From contig CAZYVE010000001.1 in NCBI GenBank assembly GCA_964651035.1, forward strand, positions 24,059 to 88,058: a stretch of 64,000 nucleotides of DNA. Reading direction: 5' to 3'. Position numbers and translations under genes: made by a program. Below, piece by piece: positions 10,532 to 19,884 of the stretch. Each line of letters begins with the position of its first letter. Within the stretch, counting starts at the first letter, position 1. Below the pieces are notes generated by a model. The model made no database searches and was not told the origin of the DNA. It saw only the letters and a list, made by a program, of their open reading frames with translations. Origin of the DNA: an uncultured Bacteroides sp. (GTDB lineage Bacteria > Bacteroidota > Bacteroidia > Bacteroidales > Bacteroidaceae).

Positions 10532-10567
10532 TTTTGCGGTCCTCATCACAACATGAGAACCGCAAAA
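10532..10567 (-). terminator. intrinsic terminator of the sialic-acid operon
   Basis: 15-bp stem TTTTGCGGTCCTCAT / ATGAGAACCGCAAAA with a 6-nt loop. The single plus-strand C:A mismatch becomes a G:U pair on the minus-strand RNA. The hairpin is followed on the minus strand by TGTTTTCCC. Confidence 0.55.
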
Positions 10568-10663
10568 CATCAATTATGATGCGAAATAACAAATAAAAAT
10601 CGAAATACCCGAAAAACGTTAAGGAGATTTAACCCGATCGGACGATGCAGATAAGCAAAACGG

Positions 10664-11848
10664 CTATGGCAATGAACAGATTTCCCGGCATAGCCCGTAT
10701 GCATACATCATCATGCGAGGAACATGGAACGGCCCCTTGAAGATGTTACCCTTGGCCGGCTGGGCCACCGTGCCGTCGCGATGCAGATAGCCATACCACT
10801 CGCCTTTCTCCTGGTCAGGGAAGTGACTGTAAGTCCAGTCGGAAATCATCTTGTGCATAAGGATATATTTATCGTCCCGCGTGGCCAGATAAGCGTAAAG
10901 CGAGGCGATTATAGTCTCACACTGAGGCCACCAGAACTTCATGTCCTGCGAATAGTCCTGTACGGGCAGATTGCGGCAATCGCGGAAGTTGATTATGCCT
11001 CCGTATTGCTTGTCCCAGCCCCACTCCCATGACCAGTCGAGAATCCGCAAGGCCAACGACGTCAGTTCTTTGTCCCAGTTGCGGTGACGCGCCTCTTCCA
11101 GCAAGAACCATGCGGTTTCAATGCAATGCCCCGGATTGATGAGGCGGCCGTTGCACGTATCGATAAATTCGCCGTGCGACCCTACGGTCTCCAGCAGAGC
11201 CTTAAACTCCGGATGGACAAAATACCGGCTGATAGCTTCCACAGATTCGTCTATCTGCCTGTCGAGCGCAGGGTCGGCCACAGCCTCACGTATCCGTGAA
11301 GCCGTGTTGATGAGAATCATCGTCATAGAGTGTCCGCGGGTCTGTACAGCAGACATATATTTAGGTTCCAATACTCCTGGAGTAGTCAGGAAACCGCGTA
11401 TGCGGTGAAACAGCTCCAATGCTTTCGAGGCATACGTCCTGTCGCCCGATGCAATGGCATACTCAGCCATGGCAATAGCTGCAAATGTTTCCGAAAAGAC
11501 GTAACGGCGTTTACGCAACGGGTATCCCTCTGCCGTCACCTCAAAATACATCCGGCCGTCTGTATCGGTACAATGCTGTTCGATAAAATCGATGCAGCTC
11601 TTCGAAGCCTCAAGCCATTCGGGATTTTGGGCGATATGGTTATAAGCGTAAGCGGCCACAAAACCGAAGCGTCCCTGGAACCATACAGACTTGGTGCCGT
11701 CCATCAGTGTGCCGTCCCGGTCAAGGCAGGTGTACACACCACCATTGATACGGTCCAGCCCATGTTCCATCCAGAAGGGGAGGATATTGGTGGTCAAATC
11801 CTTGAGATAGATATCTGCCCACCCGTTGAGATATGATTTGATGTCCAT
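10664..11848 (-). CDS. nanE: N-acylglucosamine 2-epimerase (AGE/RenBP family), Bacteroides-type NanE
   Basis: 394 aa, AGE-family alpha/alpha-barrel length and motifs (GGVYTCLDRDG, INPGHCIETAWFLLEE, GEWYGYLHRDG). It is adjacent to the lyase and MFS genes. Confidence 0.85.
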   Translation of the reverse strand: MDIKSYLNGWADIYLKDLTTNILPFWMEHGLDRINGGVYTCLDRDGTLMDGTKSVWFQGRFGFVAAYAYNHIAQNPEWLEASKSCIDFIEQHCTDTDGRMYFEVTAEGYPLRKRRYVFSETFAAIAMAEYAIASGDRTYASKALELFHRIRGFLTTPGVLEPKYMSAVQTRGHSMTMILINTASRIREAVADPALDRQIDESVEAISRYFVHPEFKALLETVGSHGEFIDTCNGRLINPGHCIETAWFLLEEARHRNWDKELTSLALRILDWSWEWGWDKQYGGIINFRDCRNLPVQDYSQDMKFWWPQCETIIASLYAYLATRDDKYILMHKMISDWTYSHFPDQEKGEWYGYLHRDGTVAQPAKGNIFKGPFHVPRMMMYAYGLCREICSLP

Positions 11849-11860
11849 ACGAATGAAATA

Positions 11861-12778
11861 TCAGAATTGGTTGCAACGTTGGAAAAACCCTATAGCTTCG
11901 AGCCGCTTTTTCATCTGAGCCTCCTCTGCATCATCCATGTTCCGGAAAGGTGTCCGGTTCTTGCCCAAATCAAGCCCGATAAGTTTCATTATCCGCTTGC
12001 CGGCCACTATGTTGCCGCGATAATCGCAGATTACGTTTATGACCTCCTGGGAGAAATTCTGCCGTTCGCGCGCCAGTTCCAGGTCACCGTTTTTCCAGGC
12101 ATCGATAATCCCTACCAACTCCCGTCCGTTGTAGTTGGTCGTCCCTCCGATGCCACCCTGGGCGCCGCCCATTGCCAGGCAGGGAAGTATGGTCTCGTCC
12201 TGGCCGTGCAGCATGTCATACTTGCCGTCTTTGTACAGCCGGCACTGGTTGTATTCGTACATGCTTTCAAACGTATATTTAATGCCTGCGAAGTTTGGCA
12301 CACGTCCGTCTACAGCTTTAAGCAACTCAACCATGGGCAGGTATGCACCGTTGAAGGCAGGTATATGGTAATAATAGAAAGGCAGGTCGGGCGCACCGCA
12401 TGCTATTTCCTCTATGTATTTTACCAGTTCTTCCACACGGTTTATTTTCGGGAAGGGAGGAGCCATGGCACCTATTCCCCATGCACCTATCTGCCGGGCA
12501 TGCTCTGCCAGCATACGGCTCGACTTGACACAGCAACTACCCACGTGCACTATCACCTTGAAACCTTCAGGTGCTGCTGCCATCCAGCATTCGGCCAGCT
12601 TCATGCGTTCTTCTTCGGTAAGCATATATCCCTCGCCGGAAGAGCCGTTGATGAAAACCCCTTTCAGTCCGTTTTTCCGCAACATCTGTGCGTATGTCGC
12701 GATAGGTTCGTAATTCACTTCGCCGTTACTGTAAAACGGAGTAAACGGCGCATCAATCAATCCGATAATCTTTTCCAT
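11861..12778 (-). CDS. nanA: N-acetylneuraminate lyase (DHDPS/NAL family; nanL in B. fragilis nomenclature)
   Basis: 305 aa. GVFINGSSGEG and FAGIKYT (Schiff-base Lys region). Operon context with the AGE epimerase, MFS transporter and YhcH protein. Confidence 0.85.
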   Translation of the reverse strand: MEKIIGLIDAPFTPFYSNGEVNYEPIATYAQMLRKNGLKGVFINGSSGEGYMLTEEERMKLAECWMAAAPEGFKVIVHVGSCCVKSSRMLAEHARQIGAWGIGAMAPPFPKINRVEELVKYIEEIACGAPDLPFYYYHIPAFNGAYLPMVELLKAVDGRVPNFAGIKYTFESMYEYNQCRLYKDGKYDMLHGQDETILPCLAMGGAQGGIGGTTNYNGRELVGIIDAWKNGDLELARERQNFSQEVINVICDYRGNIVAGKRIMKLIGLDLGKNRTPFRNMDDAEEAQMKKRLEAIGFFQRCNQF

Positions 12779-12814
12779 AAACCTTATGCTTTTTATAATT
12801 AATCGTTACCTGCT

Positions 12815-14053
12815 TCATTCCACATTGTCCGTCTTTGGACGCAGGAAATAAAGCTGCAGGGACAGTGCCACCAATACCACGATGCTGAGCATGGCAAATC
12901 CCAGTCCCAGGTTTCCCCCGTCTGTCCACTTGCCCAGCACCTCCGTCACCGCAGCCCCGGCAAAGACTCCGGTCATGTTCATCAGCCCGTAAGCCGTGGC
13001 GCGGTACTTGGCCGAAACAAACTGGCATAGTATGGGCATATTGTTGGCATCGAAAATACCGTAACCTATACCGAACAGCAACCCGGCTCCCACCACCGCC
13101 ACGAGGCTATGGCCAAAGCCCAGCAACAACAGGGCAGGGACGGTCAACCCCAGGCCTATGGCACCTGTATAGACGCGTCCGCGCAAGTTGCGCTGTACCC
13201 AGCGGTCGCTCATGATGCCGCCGGCTATCACGCCTATGAACGACGACACGGCAATGGTTATGGTAGATATGGGGCCGGCTTCGGCCATGGGGATGCCCAG
13301 GCTTTCAGAGAACAGCGTGGGCGACCAGTTCTTGATGGCCCATCCGGGCAGGCTGGGTGCGGCAAAATAGAAGAGGATAATCCAGAATGCCCATGTGGTG
13401 AACAGCACGCCCAGTCCGGCAAACAGAGAGGGCTTCTTCTCTCCGGACTTCTTCTCCGGCTTCAGGGCAGGAACCGCATGGCGCGGATTCTCGTGCAGCA
13501 GGCCTATAAGTATAAGTGAATACACCACCCCGACTATACCAAACCAATGGAACGTGGAGTGCCATGAAAACATGGCGGCAATAGTTGCACCGAAACCGCC
13601 AATGGCCTGCCCTACGTAAAGGCCTGTCATGTGAATGCCGATAGCCAGCGAACGCGACTTACCCTCATGCCAGTCGGCGATGAGAGACAGTGCCGAGGGG
13701 ATATAGAGCGCCTCGCTGACGCCCATAATGGCACGCAGCCAGTATAGCTGGTGAAAAGTTTCCGCATAGCCCATCATCCACGTTACGAACGACCAGACGA
13801 ACAGACTGCCTACAACAAGCCACTTGCGGCTCACACGGTCGGCCACCATGCCCGCCACCGGACTCAGCAGGCCGTATATCCACAGGAAGATGGCCATCAG
13901 CGCCCCGAAGGCTTCGGCCTTGTTCAGTTCCACAATATCCACCTTCATGGCCTCCTGCATGGTAGACAGCATCTGGCGGTCCATATAGTTCAGCAGGGCT
14001 ACCACCCAGAGAAGGGCGACGACAGCCCAAGGATAAAACTTACTGTTTTTCAT
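12815..14053 (-). CDS. nanT: MFS transporter, probable sialic-acid permease
   Basis: 412 aa, 12-TM MFS with LNYMDRQ and GMVADRVSRKW motifs. The substrate is inferred from the operon context only. Confidence 0.75.
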   Translation of the reverse strand: MKNSKFYPWAVVALLWVVALLNYMDRQMLSTMQEAMKVDIVELNKAEAFGALMAIFLWIYGLLSPVAGMVADRVSRKWLVVGSLFVWSFVTWMMGYAETFHQLYWLRAIMGVSEALYIPSALSLIADWHEGKSRSLAIGIHMTGLYVGQAIGGFGATIAAMFSWHSTFHWFGIVGVVYSLILIGLLHENPRHAVPALKPEKKSGEKKPSLFAGLGVLFTTWAFWIILFYFAAPSLPGWAIKNWSPTLFSESLGIPMAEAGPISTITIAVSSFIGVIAGGIMSDRWVQRNLRGRVYTGAIGLGLTVPALLLLGFGHSLVAVVGAGLLFGIGYGIFDANNMPILCQFVSAKYRATAYGLMNMTGVFAGAAVTEVLGKWTDGGNLGLGFAMLSIVVLVALSLQLYFLRPKTDNVE

Positions 14054-14067
14054 GGTTCATGCAGTTA

Positions 14068-14514
14068 TTACAGTTTTACCTTACCTATCAGTTTCCGTAT
14101 TTTCCCGCTCCCGATTAGTGGCGCATGCGTATCTTCCGGATAGACTATCATAAACTCGCCCGGATGCAGGTCGACGTATGCCGAAGGGCTGTCGGCATAC
14201 AGTGCGCAGTCGTCGGCAGCGCTGTATGGCTTCACTTCATCTGTCACGTCTTCCAAAGGTTTCCAGCCTATCCTCTCAGCTCCGTCCAACAGTATATGCA
14301 CGTCTATGTAGGTGCGGTGCACCTCCAAGGGCTGTTTGTCGGCATCCACCCCATCAGCCTCCACATTATTAATAAAAAGATTGTCTCCGTCTATGTCAAT
14401 GCGGCCCGGAGCGGAGTTGAGCAGGTCGTGCGACTTGACATATTCAAACAAAGTCTTGAACAACGGATGAAGCGATTCAATCCGGCTGCTGTTCTGCAAA
14501 TCAAATACTATCAT
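14068..14514 (-). CDS. YhcH/YjgK/YiaL family (DUF386) cupin protein, sialic-acid associated
   Basis: 148 aa. ...HRTYIDVHILLDGAERIGW...GEFMIVYPEDTHAP matches the EbgC/YhcH fold family. It is the first gene of the nan operon. Confidence 0.8.
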   Translation of the reverse strand: MIVFDLQNSSRIESLHPLFKTLFEYVKSHDLLNSAPGRIDIDGDNLFINNVEADGVDADKQPLEVHRTYIDVHILLDGAERIGWKPLEDVTDEVKPYSAADDCALYADSPSAYVDLHPGEFMIVYPEDTHAPLIGSGKIRKLIGKVKL

Positions 14515-14549
14515 TTTCGGTTTTCAATTACATGCTACTTGTATGCCCA

Positions 14550-14557
14550 CAAATATA
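14550..14557 (-). promoter_or_regulatory. -7 promoter box TATATTTG for the nan operon
   Basis: Plus strand reads CAAATATA, 36 nt upstream of the ATG at 14514. Confidence 0.45.
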
Positions 14558-14671
14558 CGAATCTTTTATATATATCAGAGCTTATTTTTAAATTTAATTT
14601 TCAGATTGCCGAATAAAAATTAAAAAACTAAATAAATACAGCAAACGGCAGGAGTATTTTGCACGCATTCC

Positions 14672-14683
14672 CCGTCCGGACGG
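14672..14683. repeat. perfect 12-bp palindrome CCGTCCGGACGG in the nan/leuS divergent spacer
   Basis: Read directly. It lies in a GC-rich island between the two -7 boxes. Confidence 0.9.
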
Positions 14684-14889
14684 AACATGTCAGCGGCGCG
14701 GCGGCAACGCATTGTCCGCAGGCGCAGTACACGTCATGCACACGGGGAGTATTTGCTTGTCGCCAAGGCGCTCTTAGACTTGCACTCGAAACCCAACAAT
14801 CAACAGCAAACGCCTTTCACCACTTGACATGATATATGCCCTGCACATGATTTTTGAAGCACATTGCCATGAATACGAAAATAAACACG

Positions 14890-14897
14890 TAACTTTG
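14890..14897 (+). promoter_or_regulatory. -7 promoter box TAACTTTG for leuS
   Basis: Matches TAnnTTTG, 65 nt upstream of the ATG at 14962. Confidence 0.45.
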
Positions 14898-14961
14898 TGC
14901 GCAATAACTATGTAATAATCGGAACAACTGCCTTACAGGCAGGAAACAAACGTACAAGCAA

Positions 14962-17799
14962 ATGGATTACAACTTCAGGGAAATCGAAAAGAAATGGCAA
15001 AAAAACTGGGTGGAGAACAAGACGTACCAGGTGGACGAGGATAATGGCAAGCGGAAATTCTACGTACTCAACATGTTTCCCTACCCAAGCGGGGCGGGAC
15101 TTCACGTGGGGCATCCGCTGGGCTACATAGCATCGGACATTTATGCACGGTATAAACGCCTGCGGGGATTCAACGTGCTGAACCCAATGGGGTACGACGC
15201 ATACGGGCTTCCGGCAGAGCAATATGCCATACAGACAGGGCAACACCCGGCCATCACCACCATAAACAACATCAACCGCTACCGCGAACAGCTGGACAAG
15301 ATTGGCTTCTCTTTCGACTGGAGCCGCGAGATACGTACCTGCGACCCTGAATATTATCACTGGACGCAATGGGCTTTCCAGAAAATGTTCAACAGCTATT
15401 ACGACAACAGCAGGCAGCAGGCACGCCCCATAGAAGAGCTGGCGGAAGCGTTCGGCAAGACCGGAACCGAAGGGGTGGACGCGGCATGCAGCAACGAAAT
15501 GAGCTTCACAGCCGACTGCTGGAATGCCAAGAGCGAAAAGGAACAGCAGGAAATCCTGATGAATTACCGAATAGCATACCTGGGTGAGACAATGGTAAAC
15601 TGGTGCCCGCAGCTCGGCACCGTGCTGGCCAACGACGAGGTGGTGGACGGCGTGTCGGAACGCGGCGGATATCCCGTGGTGCAAAAGAGGATGCGCCAAT
15701 GGTGCCTGCGCGTGTCTGCTTATGCGCAACGACTGCTGGACGGACTGGAAACCATCGAATGGACGGATTCGCTGAAGGAGACGCAACGCAACTGGATAGG
15801 CAGGAGCGAAGGGGCTGAGGTGCGCTTCAAGGTGAAAGACAGCGACATGGAGTTCACCATCTTCACCACCCGCGCCGACACGATGTTCGGAGTTACCTTC
15901 ATGGTGCTGGCACCCGAAAGCGAACTTGTCCCCCTGCTGACTGTACCGGATAGGAAAACCGAAGTTGAAGCATACCTCGACCGCACAAAACAACGCACGG
16001 AGAGGGAGCGCATAAGCGACCGCAGAGTGACCGGGGTGTTTACAGGGAGCTATGCTATCAACCCTTTCACCGGCGAAGCTGTTCCCATCTGGGTGAGCGA
16101 CTACGTGCTGGCCGGATATGGCACCGGAGCCATCATGGCCGTGCCCGCACACGACAGCCGCGACTATGCCTTTGCCAGGCACTTCGGACTGGAGATACGC
16201 CCTCTGGTAGAAGGATGTGACGTAAGCGAGGAGAGCTTCGATGCCAAAGAGGGTATCGTATGCAACTCTCCCAAAGAAGAAGCTGCACCTTATTGCGACT
16301 TGTCGCTCAACGGGCTTACCATAAAAGAGGCCATAGCTGCGACCAAGCAATATGTGAAAGAACATAACCTGGGCCGCGTGAAGGTGAACTACCGCCTGCG
16401 CGATGCCATATTCAGCCGGCAACGCTATTGGGGAGAACCTTTCCCCGTATACTACAAAGACGGGATGCCTTACATGATTCCAGAAAAATGCCTGCCTCTG
16501 GAATTGCCGGAAGTAAGCAAATTCCAGCCGACAGAAACAGGAGAACCTCCATTGGGGCATGCCACACGTTGGGCGTGGGATACGGTAAACAACTGCGTCG
16601 TGGAGAATGAAAAGATAGACAACCGGAACGTATTCCCCCTCGAACTGAATACCATGCCGGGCTTTGCAGGCTCGAGTGCCTATTACCTGCGCTACATGGA
16701 TCCACGTAACCACACAGCCCTTGTCTCCGGGGAAGCCGACGAATACTGGCGCAACGTAGACCTGTATGTGGGCGGTACTGAACACGCGACAGGACATCTC
16801 ATCTACTCGCGCTTCTGGAACAAGTTCCTGCATGACATCGGCGTGTCTGTAGTAGAAGAACCTTTCCAGAAACTGGTAAACCAGGGCATGATACAGGGAC
16901 GGAGCAATTTCGTTTACCGCATAAAGGATACCAATACCTTCGTATCGCTCGGGCTTAAAGACAAGTACGATACCACTCCGCTGCACGTGGATGTCAACAT
17001 AGTATCGAATGATGTGCTCGACCTGGAAGCCTTCAAGGCTTGGCGACCGGAATATGCCGATGCCGAGTTCATACTGGAAGACGGCAAGTATGTCTGCGGA
17101 TGGGCAGTGGAAAAGATGTCCAAATCCATGTATAACGTGGTAAACCCCGACATGATTGTAGAGAGATACGGCGCCGACACGCTACGCATGTACGAAATGT
17201 TTCTGGGTCCCGTAGAACAATCCAAGCCGTGGGATACAAACGGCATAGACGGAGTGCACCGCTTCCTAAGGAAGTTCTGGGCTCTCTTCTACGACCGTAA
17301 TGGCAATTATCTCGTGACTGACACACCGGCTTCGAATGAAGAGCTTAAGTCGCTGCACAAGCTCATCAAGAAAGTGACTGCGGACATAGAGACATTCTCG
17401 TACAACACGTCCGTAAGCGCCTTCATGATTTGCGTCAATGAATTGACTGCTTTGAAAAGCAACAAGCAGGAAATACTCGAGAAGCTCATCGTTATCCTGG
17501 CGCCATTCGCTCCCCACGTGTGTGAAGAGCTATGGCATACATTGGGGATGCACGGCTCGGTATGCGACGCCCAATGGCCAGACTACGACGAAAAGTATCT
17601 GATTGAAAGCACTGTCAACTACACCGTTTCATTCAACGGGAAGGCACGCTTCACAAAAGAGTTCCCGGCAGACGCCGCCTCGGACGAAATACACGCCGCA
17701 GTGCTGGACGACGAACGTTCGGCCAAGTGGATAGAAGGAAAGACCGTGCAGAAAATCATAGTTGTCCCGAAGAAGATTGTAAACATAGTAGTAAAGTAG
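14962..17799 (+). CDS. leuS: leucine--tRNA ligase
   Basis: 945 aa. [16 protein letters not shown] (HIGH) and [10 protein letters not shown] (KMSKS). Confidence 0.97.
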   Translation: MDYNFREIEKKWQKNWVENKTYQVDEDNGKRKFYVLNMFPYPSGAGLHVGHPLGYIASDIYARYKRLRGFNVLNPMGYDAYGLPAEQYAIQTGQHPAITTINNINRYREQLDKIGFSFDWSREIRTCDPEYYHWTQWAFQKMFNSYYDNSRQQARPIEELAEAFGKTGTEGVDAACSNEMSFTADCWNAKSEKEQQEILMNYRIAYLGETMVNWCPQLGTVLANDEVVDGVSERGGYPVVQKRMRQWCLRVSAYAQRLLDGLETIEWTDSLKETQRNWIGRSEGAEVRFKVKDSDMEFTIFTTRADTMFGVTFMVLAPESELVPLLTVPDRKTEVEAYLDRTKQRTERERISDRRVTGVFTGSYAINPFTGEAVPIWVSDYVLAGYGTGAIMAVPAHDSRDYAFARHFGLEIRPLVEGCDVSEESFDAKEGIVCNSPKEEAAPYCDLSLNGLTIKEAIAATKQYVKEHNLGRVKVNYRLRDAIFSRQRYWGEPFPVYYKDGMPYMIPEKCLPLELPEVSKFQPTETGEPPLGHATRWAWDTVNNCVVENEKIDNRNVFPLELNTMPGFAGSSAYYLRYMDPRNHTALVSGEADEYWRNVDLYVGGTEHATGHLIYSRFWNKFLHDIGVSVVEEPFQKLVNQGMIQGRSNFVYRIKDTNTFVSLGLKDKYDTTPLHVDVNIVSNDVLDLEAFKAWRPEYADAEFILEDGKYVCGWAVEKMSKSMYNVVNPDMIVERYGADTLRMYEMFLGPVEQSKPWDTNGIDGVHRFLRKFWALFYDRNGNYLVTDTPASNEELKSLHKLIKKVTADIETFSYNTSVSAFMICVNELTALKSNKQEILEKLIVILAPFAPHVCEELWHTLGMHGSVCDAQWPDYDEKYLIESTVNYTVSFNGKARFTKEFPADAASDEIHAAVLDDERSAKWIEGKTVQKIIVVPKKIVNIVVK

Positions 17800-17809
17800 A
17801 GCCATAGAC

Positions 17810-18712
17810 ATGCGGATTGCCAAACCATCGAAAGCCACTCTTATAAGGGAAGCAAAGGATTACACGTTCATCACCATCGGACTTGTGAGCTACGCCATAG
17901 GATGGTCGGTATTCTTCATCCCTTACCAGATTACCACCGGCGGAACCACCGGTATCGGGGCTATCGTTTATTACTCCATCGGATTCCCTATCCAGTACAC
18001 TTACTTTATCGTAAATGCCGTGCTGATGACGTTTGCCATCAAGATACTGGGGCCAAGGTTCAGCATAAAGACAACATACGCCATCTTCACGCTGACCGCC
18101 TTGCTGGAGTTCTTCCAATGGCTTGTAAGAAACCCCGACGGCACGTTCCCTCAGGTATTGGGGCCGGGAGAGGACTTCATGGCTTGCTTGATAGGCTCGA
18201 TTATGTGCGGCATAGGGCTCGGGCTGGCATTCAACAGCAACGGCAGTACGGGAGGGACGGATATCATAGCTGCCATAATACACAAATACAAAGACGTGGC
18301 ATTGGGACGGATGATAATGCTGTTCGACTGTATAATCATCAGTTCCTGCTACTTTGTTTTCCACGACTGGCGGCGTGTCATATTCGGGTTTGTAGCACTT
18401 TTCGTGCAGGGATACGTGTTAGACTACATCGTTAACAGTGCGCGGCAGTCTGTACAGTTCTTCATCTTCTCAAAAGAGTACGAAAAGATAGCAGACCGCA
18501 TTACACGCGAAACCCACAGAGGGGTTACTGTCCTGGACGGCACAGGATGGTACAGCCAAAAGGAAGTAAAGGTACTCGTGGTGCTGGCTTACAAAAGGCA
18601 GTCTGTCGAGATATTCCGCCTGGTGAAGGATATAGACCCCAATGCATTTATCTCACAAAGCTCTGTCATTGGGGTATACGGCGAAGGGTTCGACCGGTTG
18701 AAGGTAAAGTGA
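17810..18712 (+). CDS. YitT family membrane protein (DUF2179 C-terminal domain)
   Basis: 300 aa, polytopic N-terminus with GGTTGIG/GSTGGTD repeats, and a C-terminal soluble domain ending GVYGEGF. Confidence 0.85.
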   Translation: MRIAKPSKATLIREAKDYTFITIGLVSYAIGWSVFFIPYQITTGGTTGIGAIVYYSIGFPIQYTYFIVNAVLMTFAIKILGPRFSIKTTYAIFTLTALLEFFQWLVRNPDGTFPQVLGPGEDFMACLIGSIMCGIGLGLAFNSNGSTGGTDIIAAIIHKYKDVALGRMIMLFDCIIISSCYFVFHDWRRVIFGFVALFVQGYVLDYIVNSARQSVQFFIFSKEYEKIADRITRETHRGVTVLDGTGWYSQKEVKVLVVLAYKRQSVEIFRLVKDIDPNAFISQSSVIGVYGEGFDRLKVK

Positions 18713-18759
18713 AAAGGATACTTAGGCACATAACTATATACAATAATGGAGAAAGCAAT

Positions 18760-19338
18760 ATGAAAAGATTTATATTTGCCACCAACAACGCCAACAAACT
18801 GAAGGAAGTCAAAGAGATGGTGAAGGCGAAAATAGAAGTGCTCAGCCTGAAAGATGTACACTGCCGCAGCGATATACCCGAGACGGCAGACACACTGGAG
18901 GGCAACGCCCTGATAAAGGCAAGGTTCGTTTACGAAAGATATCACAAAAACTGTTTTGCCGATGACACCGGGCTTGAGGTGGAAGTTCTCGGGGGAGCAC
19001 CGGGAGTATATTCGGCTCGCTACGCCGGCGAAAGCTGCAACTCTGAGGCCAACATCCGCAAACTGTTGCACGAGCTGGAAGGGGAAGAGAACCGCAAGGC
19101 ACAGTTCCGCACTGTATTCGCACTGATACTGGAGGGTAAGGAACATTTGTTCGAGGGGATAGTACACGGCAAAATAGCCACGGCAAGAAGCGGCTCCTCG
19201 GGCTTTGGGTACGACCCGATATTCATACCCGAAGGTTACAATCAGACTTTTGCCGAAATGGGCGATACGATGAAAAACCAAATCAGCCATCGAGCCCTGG
19301 CCATGAAGAAACTGTGCAGATTACTGAATACTTTATAA
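18760..19338 (+). CDS. rdgB: non-canonical purine NTP pyrophosphatase (dITP/XTP), RdgB/HAM1 family
   Basis: Starts at the internal ATG ([16 protein letters not shown]). Motifs [16 protein letters not shown] and SHRALA. The ORF-track start at 18547 overlaps the yitT gene. Confidence 0.9.
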   Translation: MKRFIFATNNANKLKEVKEMVKAKIEVLSLKDVHCRSDIPETADTLEGNALIKARFVYERYHKNCFADDTGLEVEVLGGAPGVYSARYAGESCNSEANIRKLLHELEGEENRKAQFRTVFALILEGKEHLFEGIVHGKIATARSGSSGFGYDPIFIPEGYNQTFAEMGDTMKNQISHRALAMKKLCRLLNTL

Positions 19339-19364
19339 GATCCAAAGAAATGTAATCACACATA

Positions 19365-19406
19365 CAGGCCGTTCTCCATGACTAACACGTCATAGGGAAC
19401 GGCCTG
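19365..19406 (+). terminator. hairpin downstream of rdgB (possibly a bidirectional terminator)
   Basis: CAGGCCGTTC (19365-19374) pairs with GAACGGCCTG (19397-19406), with an inner ATGAC/GTCAT stem. It lies 27 nt after the rdgB stop. There is no strong T-run. Confidence 0.45.
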
Positions 19407-19884
19407 CCTGCCACATCAGTTTTCCTTACTTCCTGAAAACAAATCTTTCTCTCACTCTCCCTAATACGTTGAATATTCGAAATCGAAACCTCGCGAAAAA
19501 CAAACCAACCAGTCCATTTCACTTATTCGAGCAAATATTCACTCTCTCATTCATATATATTCTACCTCTTATTTATATTGATTTGTGTTTGGTTGTGCCC
19601 TGTCATTTTCTGGCGAAAGCCGTTTTCCTGTATTTCCTTCGTATATGTTTTATATTTACGGGGAACTCGTACACGGTTTGCATATCACCTGTATTGCATC
19701 TGCACAGAACATATATACCGCTCAGCAATTAGTGTTGTTGCAAATATAGATACAAAATGTCCCCTTTCATACTTGAAGTAGAAGATAAAGTAGGGGCTTA
19801 TAACGCAGAGATAAAGCTAATATACAGAATATCAGTTTATAATAAACCACATCAGGAGGAATACAAGTAAACCGGCAGTAAATA

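Noticed and set aside
11867-12802. 311-aa ORF antisense to the N-acetylneuraminate lyase gene
   Set aside because: It has the same codon-aligned shadow-frame geometry and no motifs. The sense-strand gene has clear DHDPS/NAL motifs and operon context.
14908-16986. 692-aa ORF antisense to leuS
   Set aside because: It is codon-aligned with the leuS frame, so it stays open only because leuS avoids TTA/CTA/TCA. The translation is low-complexity (R/H/V/A/F-rich) with no recognisable motif. leuS itself is unambiguous.
18547-18759. ORF-track 5' extensions of rdgB, and likewise of pepC (24624), dtd (38384), mazG-like (38854), the 115-aa ORF (46262), rnc (55296), pfkA (57248), GH3 (57215), aroK (63723), the polyprenyl synthase (41295) and the methyltransferase (10592)
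   Set aside because: The extensions overlap upstream genes, promoter boxes or terminators, and they precede canonical N-termini such as MRIGILTAGGDCPG and MRAVIQRT. I used internal starts instead.
19469-19781. 87-aa and 67-aa plus-strand ORFs in the rdgB/regulator spacer
   Set aside because: The 87-aa ORF starts at TTG. Both are hydrophobic low-complexity products of a T-rich tract, and they lie directly downstream of the rdgB hairpin without a promoter box.
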